A program made the position numbers and the translations under genes. A stretch of 58,459 nucleotides of DNA, counting the filler, from Platydemus manokwari (Eukaryota), in NCBI GenBank assembly GCA_037951405.1. It is 5 parts of 5 records of this genome, joined end to end, with 100 filler letters (N's around TTAATTAATTAA, not from the genome) between each part and the next. Parts side by side here need not be neighbours in the genome. Positions count along the whole stretch, not along the records: positions 37,463 to 48,407 come from JBBMOY011029968.1; positions 48,508 to 58,459 come from JBBMOY011185766.1; 3 more parts are not named here. One strand, written 5' to 3'. A model generated the notes under the pieces. That model did no database searches. It was not told where the DNA came from and saw only the letters and a program-made list of their open reading frames with translations. Positions 40,401 through 53,588 of this stretch are shown here, in pieces; position 1 is the first letter of the stretch; every line of letters begins with the position of its first letter.

Positions 40401-43250
40401 GTCGATTTCGCCAGTATTCAATTAGTTTTAAACAAAATCGTAACTTAATAATAATCATTAAAAATCTCATTTGCTCCTTTGAGAAAAATTGCTATCTAGT
40501 AACAAATTATTTTTATCTTACAATCGCTTCGTAATCATAGTTGAATATATCATACTTGTAGTGAAGCAATTTTCATCATGATCATCTCGATTTTGTACTT
40601 GTTGCCTAATCGTCGTGTTGAATTAATATTTTGCTTCTCCAAGTTCTGATTTCCAAATTATGTTTGTGGTTCTTAGTTATGTCAAAAATTGTATGATTAG
40701 TCTAATTTAGGTGTCTTATAAAAATAATTAGTGTTAATATATTTCTTTCTATCAAATTATTTCTATAGAAATTTTAGTTTAATCACATGCATTTTAATTT
40801 CTTTAATACTTCATTAATTGTTCCCATTCAGTTATGATATATATTATATTTTATTTAATGAAATATTGAAAAATATTGTGCTAAAGATTTTCGATAGTAA
40901 CATGTGGATTAGATTTAAGTGAATAATTTGTAAAAATATATTGACTAACTCGTGGATCAGAAGAATCTTGGTTTGGATTAATTCTCTGTTATAATATTTT
41001 CCTATAATCTTTAACTTATGTGAATTCAACAGATACAGTTGTTGCTGCTATTAAACACTCGGTGTAGTAATAAATAATATTTAGAAATCTAAATGATAAA
41101 ATATAAAATAACCTAATACAAAATATATTTAGTTATTTAAAAATAAATTTTATGAAACTAAAGATCTATCGTTATAAGATCAGTACTCGTGATCTGTCAA
41201 GCCTCTCAAAAAGGAATGTTGAAATCACACAGTATTAACTTTCCCGACTTTAAAAGACTACAAGGCTAAAACTAACCATGGGCCTTAAATTAACAACTAA
41301 AAATTTACTCATTGTCTTGAAATTATTTTGGGCTTAAGATATTTGAATTTCTCTTCGGGAAACGGATAAGGATAACTACGCTTCAACAATCGTTCAAAAA
41401 TATGTAATCGCAGTTTTGTGCGAAAATTCGCTCGAATTTATTGTAAAATTGTACGGAAGATATTTTCGCTATGAAGTGAGCCTAAAAAATTTTGCTCGTA
41501 AGAGATTGTGCGTCAACTGATTGTATGACCCGGTTTTTATTGTGTTTGTACTTTGTATCCTGATTCAATATGTTGATTATATTTGTTATTTTTAGCAACG
41601 TTTACACGTAGTTTTAAATTTAGTAACAGCCAACAATTTTAGTTGATAATACATTAAATTGATGTGTTCTAAAAAACAAATATCTATTTAAGACAATGAT
41701 TAATTGGTTAGCCAATATAAATCACGACTTATAACATAGATTCTTTTTTGTGATTGAATTTATTATCGCATATCTCTTTGCTACATCTGGTAATTAATTA
41801 ATTGATTGCTCAGCTATCGTCCTAAGTCACCTCGCTGAGCGTACTCTTTTTGAAAACTTCGATAAGAGTAACATAAAATTGAGCAAATGCAAAAGCATTG
41901 TTTAACAAAGACGAAAACATTATTAATTTAAATAAAATATTTATCTTTTGATGATAATATCATTTTCACAAATATTAAGTATATTTTTAGGACTGACGTA
42001 GTTACTAAAAATACTTATTGATGATATTTTTTCATGGCGGTGAGGTCAGTTAAACAATCGGATTATTTTAATGTATTTAAACAATTGCAATTTTTGTTTG
42101 TAATCTTGCAATTTTTATTTATTAGCTAATTGTTATTTTTGTAAATTTCTTTCGTTTTTTTAAAAGCTTATTATATATTTTCTATCCAAAATTTTTTATC
42201 TTAACATTTAAAATTATTTAATTGTATAGTTGGCTTGAAATGGTTCAGATGGTTCCCCATAATCAAGCTTTGCCATCATCAATAGAATTATTCATTTCAA
42301 AATATGTGTAGCATGTATAAATCAATAAGAATTAAAGATAGATTTAATGACAGATCAGGTACACATTAATATAAAATAATTCAAACAATACGTTACTGAT
42401 TTTATTGCTTCGACTGACGTTCCTTAAAGAATTATTGAAGAAAAATATCAGTGACAGTTAATTGTACCGATCTCATTCCAAAGAAAAATAGCGCCCATAA
42501 ATGTATTTATCTACGGATGTGAAGAACTTGATTATACAAGTTTTCATCAATATTTGGCAGTAATTAATAATCAACTTCCTTTTTGGGGATGATTTGTTTG
42601 AATCTACTTTCATAGTTACGGTTGTTGTATGATCAACATCTTATTTAGCCCTTGGAGTCTAAATGTTATCTGTCTTTGATTAATTTTTCGTCGAATAGTA
42701 TAATTTTATTGCTTCTGTTGAATTTATATTTTTCGTCGTAGTATACCAAATTACTTATTATTTTTTATATATCACTTTAATTTACATTTCCTCACAAGTG
42801 GCTGCAGTTTGGATGAATTTTAAATGTTTCTGTCTATATTCTGCCTCTATTGTCATTTTTAGCATAAAAAACTTCTTCTTTGATTGATTTCATTGATTTT
42901 CTTTTAATATTATCTATTAATTACTATTACCTATTAAAATTATTATTAATATTTGATTTCTTTATTATTATTATTTCTAATAATGGAATGAACCGTAACC
43001 TCTTAGACTCGAATTGTTGGATACTTTAGAGTTTAATGATATTAATCTCTAGATGAACTAGGTTCAGACTAGAGTAAATGTGTAAGTGGTATGGCTTAAT
43101 GAAGAAACTGTCAATTTAGGGCCACCAGAACAACAGAGTAGAGTCGTTGGTTGGAGGTTAATAAATAAATTGTAAGCAAGTTTTTGAATATAAAATATGG
43201 GAAAATTAATAACAAATAGTTCGTATTCACAGTGAATTTTAAATAATGGA

Positions 43251-43390
43251 TAAAGATAATTCTTTAAAACGATTAGTTAACTTAAATATTGATTAAAGAT
43301 AATTCTTTAGAATAATTAATTAACTTAAATAATGAATACAAATAATACTTTAGTATTAAATAATGAATGTAGATAATTCTCTAAAATGAT
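43251..43390. repeat. 43-nt tandem repeat (2 good and ~1.5 degenerate copies)
   Basis: TAAAGATAATTCTTTA...TTAACTTAAATA.TGA at 43251 and 43294. Confidence 0.75.
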
Positions 43391-43581
43391 TTAAAATAAA
43401 GTTCAAAGTTAACTTAGGTGATTATTCAACAATAAGGCTTACTATTGTCGGAAACCGTATTCTCGATATTGTAAAAAAGGGCAATTTTCAGAATTGCAAC
43501 GGACAGTTTACAGAATTTTATTTCGCGTCTTCTTCCTTCTTTTTTTCTTTTTCTTTCTTCTGGTCTTTCGTTTTTTATAAT

Positions 43582-43622
43582 GTTCCTCGTAATTAGTTCC
43601 TCGTAATTAGTTCCTCGTAATT
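43582..43622. repeat. 14-nt tandem repeat (GTTCCTCGTAATTA) x3
   Basis: Three near-perfect copies are directly visible. Confidence 0.9.
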
Positions 43623-44334
43623 GATTTGATTCTTGATGATTGAACGATTTGATTTACCAGTGATTCGCTTAGTCCGTATAAGATAACTTTGTAAATTACT
43701 TTGTAAATAATTGTATGAAAATTGATTTGCCTCTAGTTGAATTTAGTGATTTGCCAAATTGCTTCCGTGGTTAACTTGAAAATTGATTTCTAATTTCTTG
43801 AATTTTTTGTTAATAATACTTGGATAGTATTTTCTGTACTTCGCGCTTTAATTTAAAATGGTTTTTATCGTTAATTTTATAATCTTCAAGTCAAAATTCT
43901 GTGATCCTATAGGTAGGAAAGGATAGAGCTTTTATACTACCTGGATTTGAAATCCAATTAATACTTTTTATCAATAGCTTCTTTAATATTTTGATAAGCT
44001 ATGGCTTGGTCCTTATTGATTGATTAGTATTTTTACTTTCATTTTGTTATTGTCTTACATTATTTCTGGGTGCAATGAGCGAATTTATGAGCAATTGCCT
44101 GTGTATTTAAAATTAAAAAGGAGCAGATCGTCCCTAGCAGATTTTTTGCACTTATGAAGTCAACTGTGTCAACGACATGAGCTGCGATATATAACGTGTT
44201 TACTTGCACTTCTTGCAATGTGATTTTCGGTTGGAAGAATGAGCCATAGTGGTTCTAATGTAGATAGAGGTAATGTCAATCTTGTTCAATGTGATCACTA
44301 GCGTTCCAATTTTTTCAAATGTTCATATGAAAAA

Positions 44335-44790
44335 CTTGATCAAGAGATTGAATAAGAGATAACACATTTGGTGGCAAAAAGAATAATTCGATTTTACTTA
44401 ATTCATAGTCTTTTGGATGAATAGGCGCTTTGTCTAACAATGATGAAATTTACCGATCCTCTACTTTCAGCATACTGTTTAAATCTTTTAACCAATCTTG
44501 AAAAATTGCCATCGCCATCCAAGATTTTGTATTCCAACGATAATAACTTCCTATATCAAAAGTTTTAAAACAACGTGTTTTCGACCAGACTATCTCTGAA
44601 GGCTTTAATTTTTTTTCTAACATGTTTGCTCCGAAGAATATAATAATTCGATCTTTAGCAAACTCATCATTTGCCTTATCCTCTTTAGAAATTATATACG
44701 TTCTGTTTAATGAGCATTTCCAGAACAGTCCTGTTTCGTCAAAATTATAAACGTTTTTATTTTCATATTCTTTTAACTTCCATATGTAAT
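44335..44790 (-). pseudogene. Tigger/pogo (CENP-B-like, DDE_1) transposase pseudogene fragment
   Basis: VYNFDETGLFWK...RTY...KDRI....ANM..KKLKP...RCFK...WNTKSWM...FQDWL..LN...*...LLDKAP.H...IELFFLPPN...(frameshift) QSLDQ. All three catalytic Asp motifs are recognisable, with an in-frame stop and a frameshift. Confidence 0.9.
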
Positions 44791-45194
44791 TCCTTAAAAT
44801 TAAGAACATATCTTTCATCTACAGTTTAAGATTTTTGAATTTGTGTTTTTCATGTTCATAAAAGACAGTTGAAAATTAAATATTTCAACAAAAATTGTAT
44901 GATATGTTGATTTATTTTGCACTATTTATTGCTTATTGTTCAAATTAAACAGTGTTCATATTATAAAACATAATTTCTTATGAAAACTATATGATTTTCA
45001 GTAATTTTTTACATTAAATGCTCACATTAAACTATGTTCATATATTCAACAGGGTCGATTGTATTTGACAAGACAACAGTGATCCACAACCAAAGTCATA
45101 ATAAATTTTGAGACTGATTAAAACAAAAATAACCACAAGCCCCAAAACACAACATATTAATTGTCGACGGTTTAGATCACGTAAGATACATTCT

Positions 45195-45505
45195 TGTAAT
45201 ATATATATATATATATACTGTGTATTCTTCCTATTTATCGAGCCGAGCTCTGATAAAACTCGGGAGAAATTGACACTGATCCAATATTACGAAGGGTTTT
45301 CTTGGTCCTCGATCTGCTTTCATTGAATTGCACATTGAATTTAATTCTATCGTTTAAGTATATAAAAGTTGTTGCTTAAAATCATGGTATATTGTAGTAA
45401 TTTGTTAATTGCATATAAATTTCATATAAGTAGTAATTTATAGCCATTGTTGTATAATGTAGTGATTTTGTGTATAATTGTAATTAATAATAAACTATTG
45501 TAACA
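45195..45505 (+). mobile_element. Putative LTR (family A) followed by degraded internal sequence
   Basis: It begins TGTAAT and ends GTAACA (TG...CA), with an internal TATATAAAAG and an AATAAA just before the end. No target-site duplication is seen. A related copy lies at ~18200-18430. Confidence 0.45.
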
Positions 45506-47459
45506 TAAACATAGAGGTGATTTTTGAATCGCCAATTGACATAAGACATCACAAGTTCATAATACATAAAATTCATTGTCAAACATCACCAATTTTGGCA
45601 ACAGTTTTGTTACATAAACTGATTTAAGAGACTTATAATAAGACTGAGGAGACGATAACAGAGGCAAGGGATAGGAATAGAATAATCAAATCGATTTCTA
45701 CGCCGATCCGCTTTTCTTCATATCATCGCGATCGTCGAAGCGAAGTAACATCAAAACACATATAAGGTCAAAATACTACCTGAGAGTCAAAACGGACTCA
45801 GAGTAGACGTTGATTTCGATCAAGAGAATAAAAAGAGATTGACCCCAAAATGTATCATATATATAAAAGAAAATTTCAGGATATTCAAAACGCTTCTACG
45901 AGCGAATTACAGTCTTATCACAAAAATTATAAAAATTACCAGTTTTATATTCTCATTAGAAATCTCTTCATTTGGCTTTACTATCTACAGGACTAAGAAG
46001 AATTTCCAATTTTTGATTCCAGTTAAATCTACATCTGTTTCGTTTTTGAAAATATTATCTTTGATCATTAGATGATGTATTCGGTGATTTGATTAAATAT
46101 ATTTTAATGAGTTATTTTTGAGTGATTTATTGTCATAACAGAATTTTATTTACCAGCAAATACTTTGATTATATTCCACTGAGCGTTACTGTTATTCTAA
46201 TGGCAACATATATTTTTTGTTAAGTATTTTTTCTTTTTTGAAATAATTATCCGTCTTCTCACAATATTTAATGTTTGCCAATATTTTGGAGATTTTATTG
46301 TTATTTATCTTATCATTTGATGGTTTTGGTAAACCACTAACTATTTGTATTTTTGAAATAAGAAAATAGACTTCCGCAAACTGTCATTTACAGCTACAAG
46401 ATATCTTATCAGTTTGGAATAATATTTAAGAGAGATTAATATTGATTTCGTAATTTTCAGATAATTTCTTCTGTGTGTGACTTGGAAATGGACGTTGATG
46501 TAATGTTTATTGTAATATAGTTACTAATTACTTTTTATGATGAATATATTATTAAGTCAATTTTATTTTTATTTATGAATTTATTGGTAGGCATTAATAA
46601 TTTTTGATTTTTGGCTGGGTTGTTTTAAATCAATGCACTTTTGGATTTTAATATTCTTCGAATTAATAATTTCGCTTTATAAATTAAGTCTTTCCAAAAT
46701 TCATTATTTCCTGAATCTGGTAATAATATGAAATGGATCTCACTAATTGTAATTCAAAACCATAATCTAATTCGTATCCTCTGAAAATGTTCTCGACTTT
46801 TTATTGTATTTTCTCTTTACAAAATCTCCATTGAAATTTGTCTGGATGATGTAACAGCTCTGATCTGACTCCAAAGATTGTATTTTGTCCAAAATAATTA
46901 TTAATAAGTATTGTTCTTTATACTAGTATTGTAATCAGATTTAATTTGATTCTTACTGTATCTTATTAATTCTTATTATCATATCAAATATATATATTAT
47001 TCAAATTGAATTATTTATTTTATTATTGATTTATTTTTAACATTTTAAATATTTTAAAGATTATAGATGGTCTAGAAAAAAATAAGTTTCAAATTATAAA
47101 TGTACTATTTGTAAAAAAATATAAACTAACACGTGAGAGATTATCAGAAGGATTTGATTCTTATTTGACTCCAGACAAATAAGAGGTTGTTGTTTCTTTT
47201 AGGCTCGGATAATATAAAAGAGATAATATTTAAAATATAGATGATAACAAAATAAGATATAAATAAAAAACAAAAAAAAACTAAAAACCTAATATTTATT
47301 TACAAACAATGTATATCCAAAAAGTCAGACAAGTATGACTTAAATTTAGAGTCCTTTCCAAAGATCGGCATCTAGTGTCACAGGTGGCTATTTTCAAAGT
47401 TTCTTGCTGACTTGGAGTTCTTGTTGTTCCGAACATGATTAATTTGGCAGAGTTCATAT

Positions 47460-47900
47460 CTACAAAATCCAACCTAATTTAAAATACAAGTCCGAAACCA
47501 CAATCCGGAAAAGATATAAAATTCCGAGATTACAGTTCCGAACTCGCAAGACCGAACTCATAAGTTTTAAAACACATGTTAATAAAAGTCCATTTCCACA
47601 AATTCCAACCCAAATACAAAATAAAACTCCAAAAGTACAACACCGAACCCACAAGTCCGAAAATTAAAAGTTCGAGGCTACAGTTCCGAACTTGCAAGTC
47701 CGAACTCATAAGTTTGAAATCATATGTCCATAAAATGTCAATTTCAATAAAATTCAATCCAAATACAAAATATAAGTCCAAAACCACAAGTCCGAACTCA
47801 CAAGTCCAAAGCCATAACTCCGAAAGATAAAAGTTCGAGGTTAAAGCTTCGAGCCTGCAAGTCAGAACTCATAGTTCTGAACTTATACGTTCATAAAATT
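47460..47900. repeat. Hierarchical tandem repeat: ~150-165-nt units (about 2.7 copies) built from ~13-14-nt CAAGTCCGAACT-like subunits
   Basis: TACAGTTCCGAACT.GCAAG.CCGAACTCATAAGTTT recurs near 47531 and 47678, and in degenerate form near 47845; CCAAATACAAAATA occurs twice. Confidence 0.85.
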
Positions 47901-47942
47901 TAAAGACCAAAAATACAATACCAAAATAACAATGAATAAAGA

Positions 47943-48407
47943 CTAACAAAATACATAATACCAAAAAGTCAACGTCAGATAAAAATAAGCAAAGTCCGAT
48001 AAAAAACAAAGTCCGATTAAAAGTAATTCAGCGTCATCTTCCTCCCCCTCACTTGCCGAGAAAGATAAGTCCGGATGGACCTTACTTACTCTTGGTATAT
48101 TGACATTCCTCTTACCCGTATGGAACTGCCATTGGAGGAAAGATGCGCTAATGTTTGATTTAATACATTTCATTGCTAGTTTGTTGATTTGTTGTTGACT
48201 CAACCCGAGTTTTCTTAATATTAAATCATTAGTCTTAACCCAAGTGCCCAATACTCCAACTATAAAAGTATATAATTCCACCTTGAATTTGGGGAATTTT
48301 TATTTTATATCGTTACGCAATTGTTCATATTTTGACAGATTTTTCTTATCTGTTTCATCGATTAACTTAGGCTCATCCATTGGGCACTTGATATCAATGA
48401 GCATAAT
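47943..48407 (-). mobile_element. C-terminal restriction-like endonuclease (RLE) region of a NeSL/R5/Utopia-type non-LTR retrotransposon, one in-frame stop
   Basis: IMLIDIKCPMD...KKNLSKYEQL...*...VELYTFIVGVLGTWVKTNDLILRKLGL...CIKSNISASFLQWQFH fits the D..CP / K..KY..L / VG.LG.W...ND..L..LG / S...W..H pattern of RLE-type elements. TAA lies at 48302-48300, and the 5' part is cut by the spacer. Confidence 0.8.
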
Positions 48408-48507
48408 NNNNNNNNNNNNNNNNNNNNNNNNNNNNNNNNNNNNNNNNNNNNTTAATTAATTAANNNNNNNNNNNNNNNNNNNNNNNNNNNNNNNNNNNNN
48501 NNNNNNN
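48408..48507. other. Artificial assembly spacer N44-TTAATTAATTAA-N44
   Basis: Same linker; it truncates the retrotransposon ORF on its left. Confidence 0.97.
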
Positions 48508-49542
48508 ATGACAATAATACTAATAATGATAATAATCATATAATATTTGTCCTAATGATTATCTTCAATTTTCTGATCAACCCTTCATGTCACCACCCCC
48601 TCATACTATTTGCAGATAAACATGAAATAATCCATTAAAAATGATTCTCATTATCTCAAAAATTATTTCACACAATAGTTTAATAATATAAAATCAATTG
48701 TGATTCAATAATATCTTGACGGATTTCGCTCTAAATATTGATATATTGTAAATCAAATATTTTGGCTTTCATCTAATATATTATTATGATTTTATATTAT
48801 TATTGTTAATAATAAAATTGGTAATAACAATAATAATGGTAAAATCAATAATTGAAACTAATGATGATGATTTGGTAATAAAAATGATAATGATTTTTAA
48901 ATACCATTAATTTTGCTACAAGTTTCTGATTATGAACATCAGATAAATGTTCAGATATTTTGAACCATTATACAGTCCAATCTGATTAATATCATCTCAC
49001 ACGTGCCAGGAAAAAAGCTATATTAACTGAGCTCACTGACAAAAATTGATGAAAAATAATTATTATAAATTGATAAATTATATTTAAAAGCTAAGCAATG
49101 AGAGACACGTTCTTTGTTGTCTTTGGTAGATTTTGACTCGATCATTTTATTATAATAATAATGATTATTATATGTATTTTATAATAATAATAATAGAGCC
49201 AACTAGTTCATTGATTTTTAGTCAAATGTTTTTAATCTATTTAATTGATTTCTTTTTCTTTTATGTTTTGTTTCTTCAAAATTTGCAAAAACCTGATCCA
49301 AGTTTTCTTCTAAAGATATCCAGGCTTTTTGTTTTTCTGTTAAACTTTTAACAAAATTTAATCCCTTGCTTTGTTTTTGAACTGATGTATATTGATTTTA
49401 TTCCACTCTAATATGTCTGTCATCGATTCATTATTTCGTGAGCGTAGTTGTGAATATTGTTGCTAGGCAATGCATTTATTGATAAAATATCAATTCCTAT
49501 TCTGAGTGACCAATTCTAAATTGATTTTCGAAACCTTATATA

Positions 49543-49765
49543 CAGATAGCCCAAAAGTAGGTTTTCAGTTGTCACGTAGACTATTTGAAAATTGCACACT
49601 AGAACACCGTGAAATTCGTTATACCTGTTAACATAAACAATTTAATCTCTAAGATACTCAAAATATCCTCCTTCAACATTTACTTATATTGGTATTTCTA
49701 AGCAAGTAACCTCAGCCATATAAGAGGTAGTTTAATAACTGTAAACCTACTTTTGGGTAACCCTG
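49543..49765. mobile_element. Tc1/mariner-type MITE, 223 bp
   Basis: Imperfect ~28-bp TIRs (CAGATAGCCCAAAAGTAGGTTTTCAGTT / AACTGTAAACCTACTTTTGGGTAACCCTG) are flanked on both sides by TA. Confidence 0.85.
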
Positions 49766-51147
49766 TATATTATGAATAGATTTATATTTAATCGAGAAAA
49801 GACGTGATATCGATTTCATATTGGACTAGAGTATTTCGATAATAAAACATAAACTATGATATACTATAGAAAGGTGATCTCAACAATTAATTTATCCATT
49901 ACTAAATGATTTTATAAAATAGATAATTCCAACTGTGGTGCGATGATTTCACACAGGTATTTAGTTGATGTGAATTCATTGTTAATTTTGTATATGATAT
50001 AGTCAAGAAGTATCATTCTGAATTGCAAGACTGCATATTTAGAGATCAACGTGCTCTACCTTTTTATTGAGAAATTTCTTTCCCCACAAACATATACTAA
50101 TATTGGGAATTGTTGTAATTTCTGACTTGTCGGTTTACTACTACTATGGTTCTATATGTTTTCTTAGTGGTATGGAATTTAAATGCTGTAAAAAATACTG
50201 TGGCGAAATCCATATGATTTTATTCGATTCATATTGGCGTATGGTTCACTTAAGACAACCACAATAACTGAAATGCTCTTCCTCACTCTAGTAAATCTCG
50301 CACCTAAACGTCATGGTTGCAGTGTCTGTTAATTTTGAACAAATCAATCAAAAATTGGTGCTTATACTCGTTAGTAGGAAAAAAAATTAATCCAAGACTA
50401 TCAAATATAGAAATGTGACTACAAAAATTGATATAATCAACTCCAATAGATATTGAAGAAAAATTTGACTCACCAATAAATTATTAAAATATGTAGTCAT
50501 GGTTACGAAAGCAAATATTGTTTTAGAAATCAATACATTACAATTTGAAATTCAATATATTTTCCCACAATGTATTCATTACAAAACAGTGGACACTGGA
50601 TCTTTCGTACCTTTTTCACCTTCCGCACCATTTCAACACCTGTCTTTTGATTGCCCAGCATAAGCTTTTATTAAATAAAACAATATGTAGCGATCAACAA
50701 AAGTTGAATTAAGGACAATATCAATATTTATTGAATCAATTGTCTTAATAATTATGACATTAAAAGTGTTTGTTTTATATCTTTTTGCAGCTGGATTAAG
50801 ATTTCAATCGTAGGATGGAAATGGTTTACAATAAGATATTTATTAAATGATCTTTTTAATTCTTGATGACAATCAATTTTTCCTTATCTATCAGATTTAC
50901 ATATTAGTTAATGATTATTGAGTTGTATGTCTGGATCTCCTTCTTTAATAGGTACTATTTAACTGTGTACCTTTTTAATTATAATTAAATGGAACGCTTT
51001 TATTTAAAAAACCCAATAAAATGTTAAAACGTGATTATTAACCAATAAGAGAGTATCCCTCTCTCTATAGATATATAAAAGATAAAGAAAATATTGTTTG
51101 ATAGGATAATGTGAGTTAAAATATCTTTCAAACACCATGGTATATAA

Positions 51148-51622
51148 CAGTAATTCCCAAACTGGGCTCTGCAAGGACCCAGAGGGTCGGTGCTGAATAC
51201 AAGCTCATTTGGGGGCGATAATACTATAAGAATGTAAGAAAATGAATATTAAAAAATTTGATGTATCTCGTTTGCTCAAAACGCTTAATTTGTCTTTAAA
51301 CAACGTACTGTATGTTCTCACTAATTTTTATTGAAGTATGTGTAATCGCGCACTCAATGCTACTGCTTGTGCTCTTTGTCGCTTGTAACGCCGAAGTCTG
51401 GTAGTAGAGCGGTAGTATTTCTGGGATTCCCGTAATGATTAACTGAAATAAAACTAAAAGTAAGGTTAGTTAAAATTAAGTAACAAAAGATAGTAACATT
51501 AAGATTTTTTATTAATTGCTACTAAAAGTTAAAATAAAATTTGGTGTGGGTTAGTTTGGGGGCGCTAAGTAATATTTATTCTGAAAAGAGAGCGGTACGC
51601 CCGAAAAGTTTGGGAATCACTG
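51148..51622. mobile_element. Non-autonomous hAT (Buster-type) element, 475 bp
   Basis: TIRs CAGTAATTCCCAAACT / AGTTTGGGAATCACTG (15/16 match). The 8-bp TSD is GTATATAA / GTATATAT (7/8) with a central TA. Subterminal TTTGGGGGCG occurs near both ends. Confidence 0.9.
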
Positions 51623-53588
51623 GTATATATGAAGTAAAATGTTTTTGTCACACCAGTTTGAACTTAGATTGTTATTGTGTGGTACATCATATTTGAAATT
51701 AGTGAATATAATGATTACGTAACTAGAGATAATTATACAATTAGATTTGTCATAATTAAGATTTTTTCCGGGATGAGTTTTTAATAGAATCGCAAGAACT
51801 AATATTCAGTTGGAGAAAGAGAATACCATACTATTTTTATCTCGCCTAAATATTTTGCGTTTATGACAGGAAATTATTAATAAAATTTTGGAATTGACCA
51901 TTGAATGGTTTCCTTTTATAATCAGTGGTTCATGTGTCAGTTTTTAATATATCTTGTGAAAGAAATAATCTTTCAGTAGTAATCAATAGGTGAAGGTCAA
52001 AAGGAAAACCCAATTGCTTTGATCGATTGGAATAGGAATTTAAAATCAAAATATTTTACTAGAGTTGTTACTCAATGCTGTGCTGATTAGGCTCATATGA
52101 ACTGAGCATTTCTAAAACTCTAAATCTTATTGAGTGCTTACATTGTCAGATATTTTCTATATTTAATCATAGAAAATTTTCATTAAAATATTAATAATTT
52201 TTGAATAAAATCTTGGCTTGATTGTCTTTCCGTTTTTTGGTGCTTGGCGGTTAGAATTAATGCTGTTGTTTTAGTTGTAGACTTTTGCATAATTTCTGGA
52301 AAATTGACATTGAAAGTCTGCATTATAATGGACGGAAACAAATGAATTGAGACGGCCAATTATGATCTAATATTGAAAGTAGTGTTTTGAATGGATAAGA
52401 ATTTTCCGCGAACGTTTTAACACTTCGTGTAATCCATTGCTTATATTCTATTATTAATTTTTCACATTGTTAATTGTTGTTGAAATATAACTTCATTTAT
52501 ACACCAGTCCAGTCAGTCGCCACAGGACGGACGAACAAATTTATGTTATAAATAGGTCGAATTTCTTTCCCAGGAATTATTAGACAGAACAATAGTATAT
52601 GTAAATAAATGTTTTGTTTGATATAAATGACCTCTTGGGAATGGTTAAACAATTATTTATATTATAAATATATTATTTTTTATTGTTTGCCTCTCTTGTT
52701 TCAATCATAGCATTTATTATTCGATATTATTTTTATTATTATGATACTATTAATAGTTACTATTGCTATTATTATTTTTATTCAAAGGAATTATTGTGGT
52801 TATTTATTGTAATAAGGGTTTCCTGATTAAATGAATGACAAATCCAATTGGTAGTTCACTGGTAAATCTAGAGTTTGTAGATTTTTTCGGATATACTATT
52901 TAATGATTCACTCATTGGTCAATCCGTAATTACATTGGCATTCTCTTTCACTTAGCAACACAATTTTAAATTGTATTTTGATATTTTCAACACCACATCC
53001 CAATAATAATAACAAATAATCGAAAAAAAACGGTTTGAGTAATTCATTCAGAATCAGAAATCACCTCAAATCTATTAACGATTGCTCGTCTAATTATTGA
53101 ATCAATAAATGTCGTTTGATTTCAGTTTAAACAAATTATTTTCTAATATTTTTCAACTGAAATCAAGTTATTTAATAATTTACATAATTATTCCAAAACA
53201 ACGAAAGCATTTATAATCGAATAAATCACATATTGACTGTCTAAATCTATGATATATATAAATAGTAGCAATGATCTAAAAATGGGGCCATTTGAAGTAT
53301 TGATTTATTTATGTGGTCTAAGAATTGTTTAACGATAATATTTGTTTAAATAAAACATATTGGACCCAGGTTTGTTTTATGCAAATATTGTAATGGATAT
53401 GATATATAGAAATTTGTCAGTGACAGTCAAATTAAGATATTCATGATTGGTGAATATATGATGTCATAGAGTGTCTATTATTCAATATTAGTTACAATAC
53501 AGAATTATAGATTATCTACTCCTCTACTCATCTCATCATATAACTGCCATTCGATAACAGTGTTAACCAAGTTTCCATTATTTTTCAG

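Noticed and set aside
47460-47900. Regularly recurring motif considered as a CRISPR-like array
   Set aside because: The intervening sequences are themselves repeated rather than unique spacers, the context is eukaryotic, and no cas genes are present.
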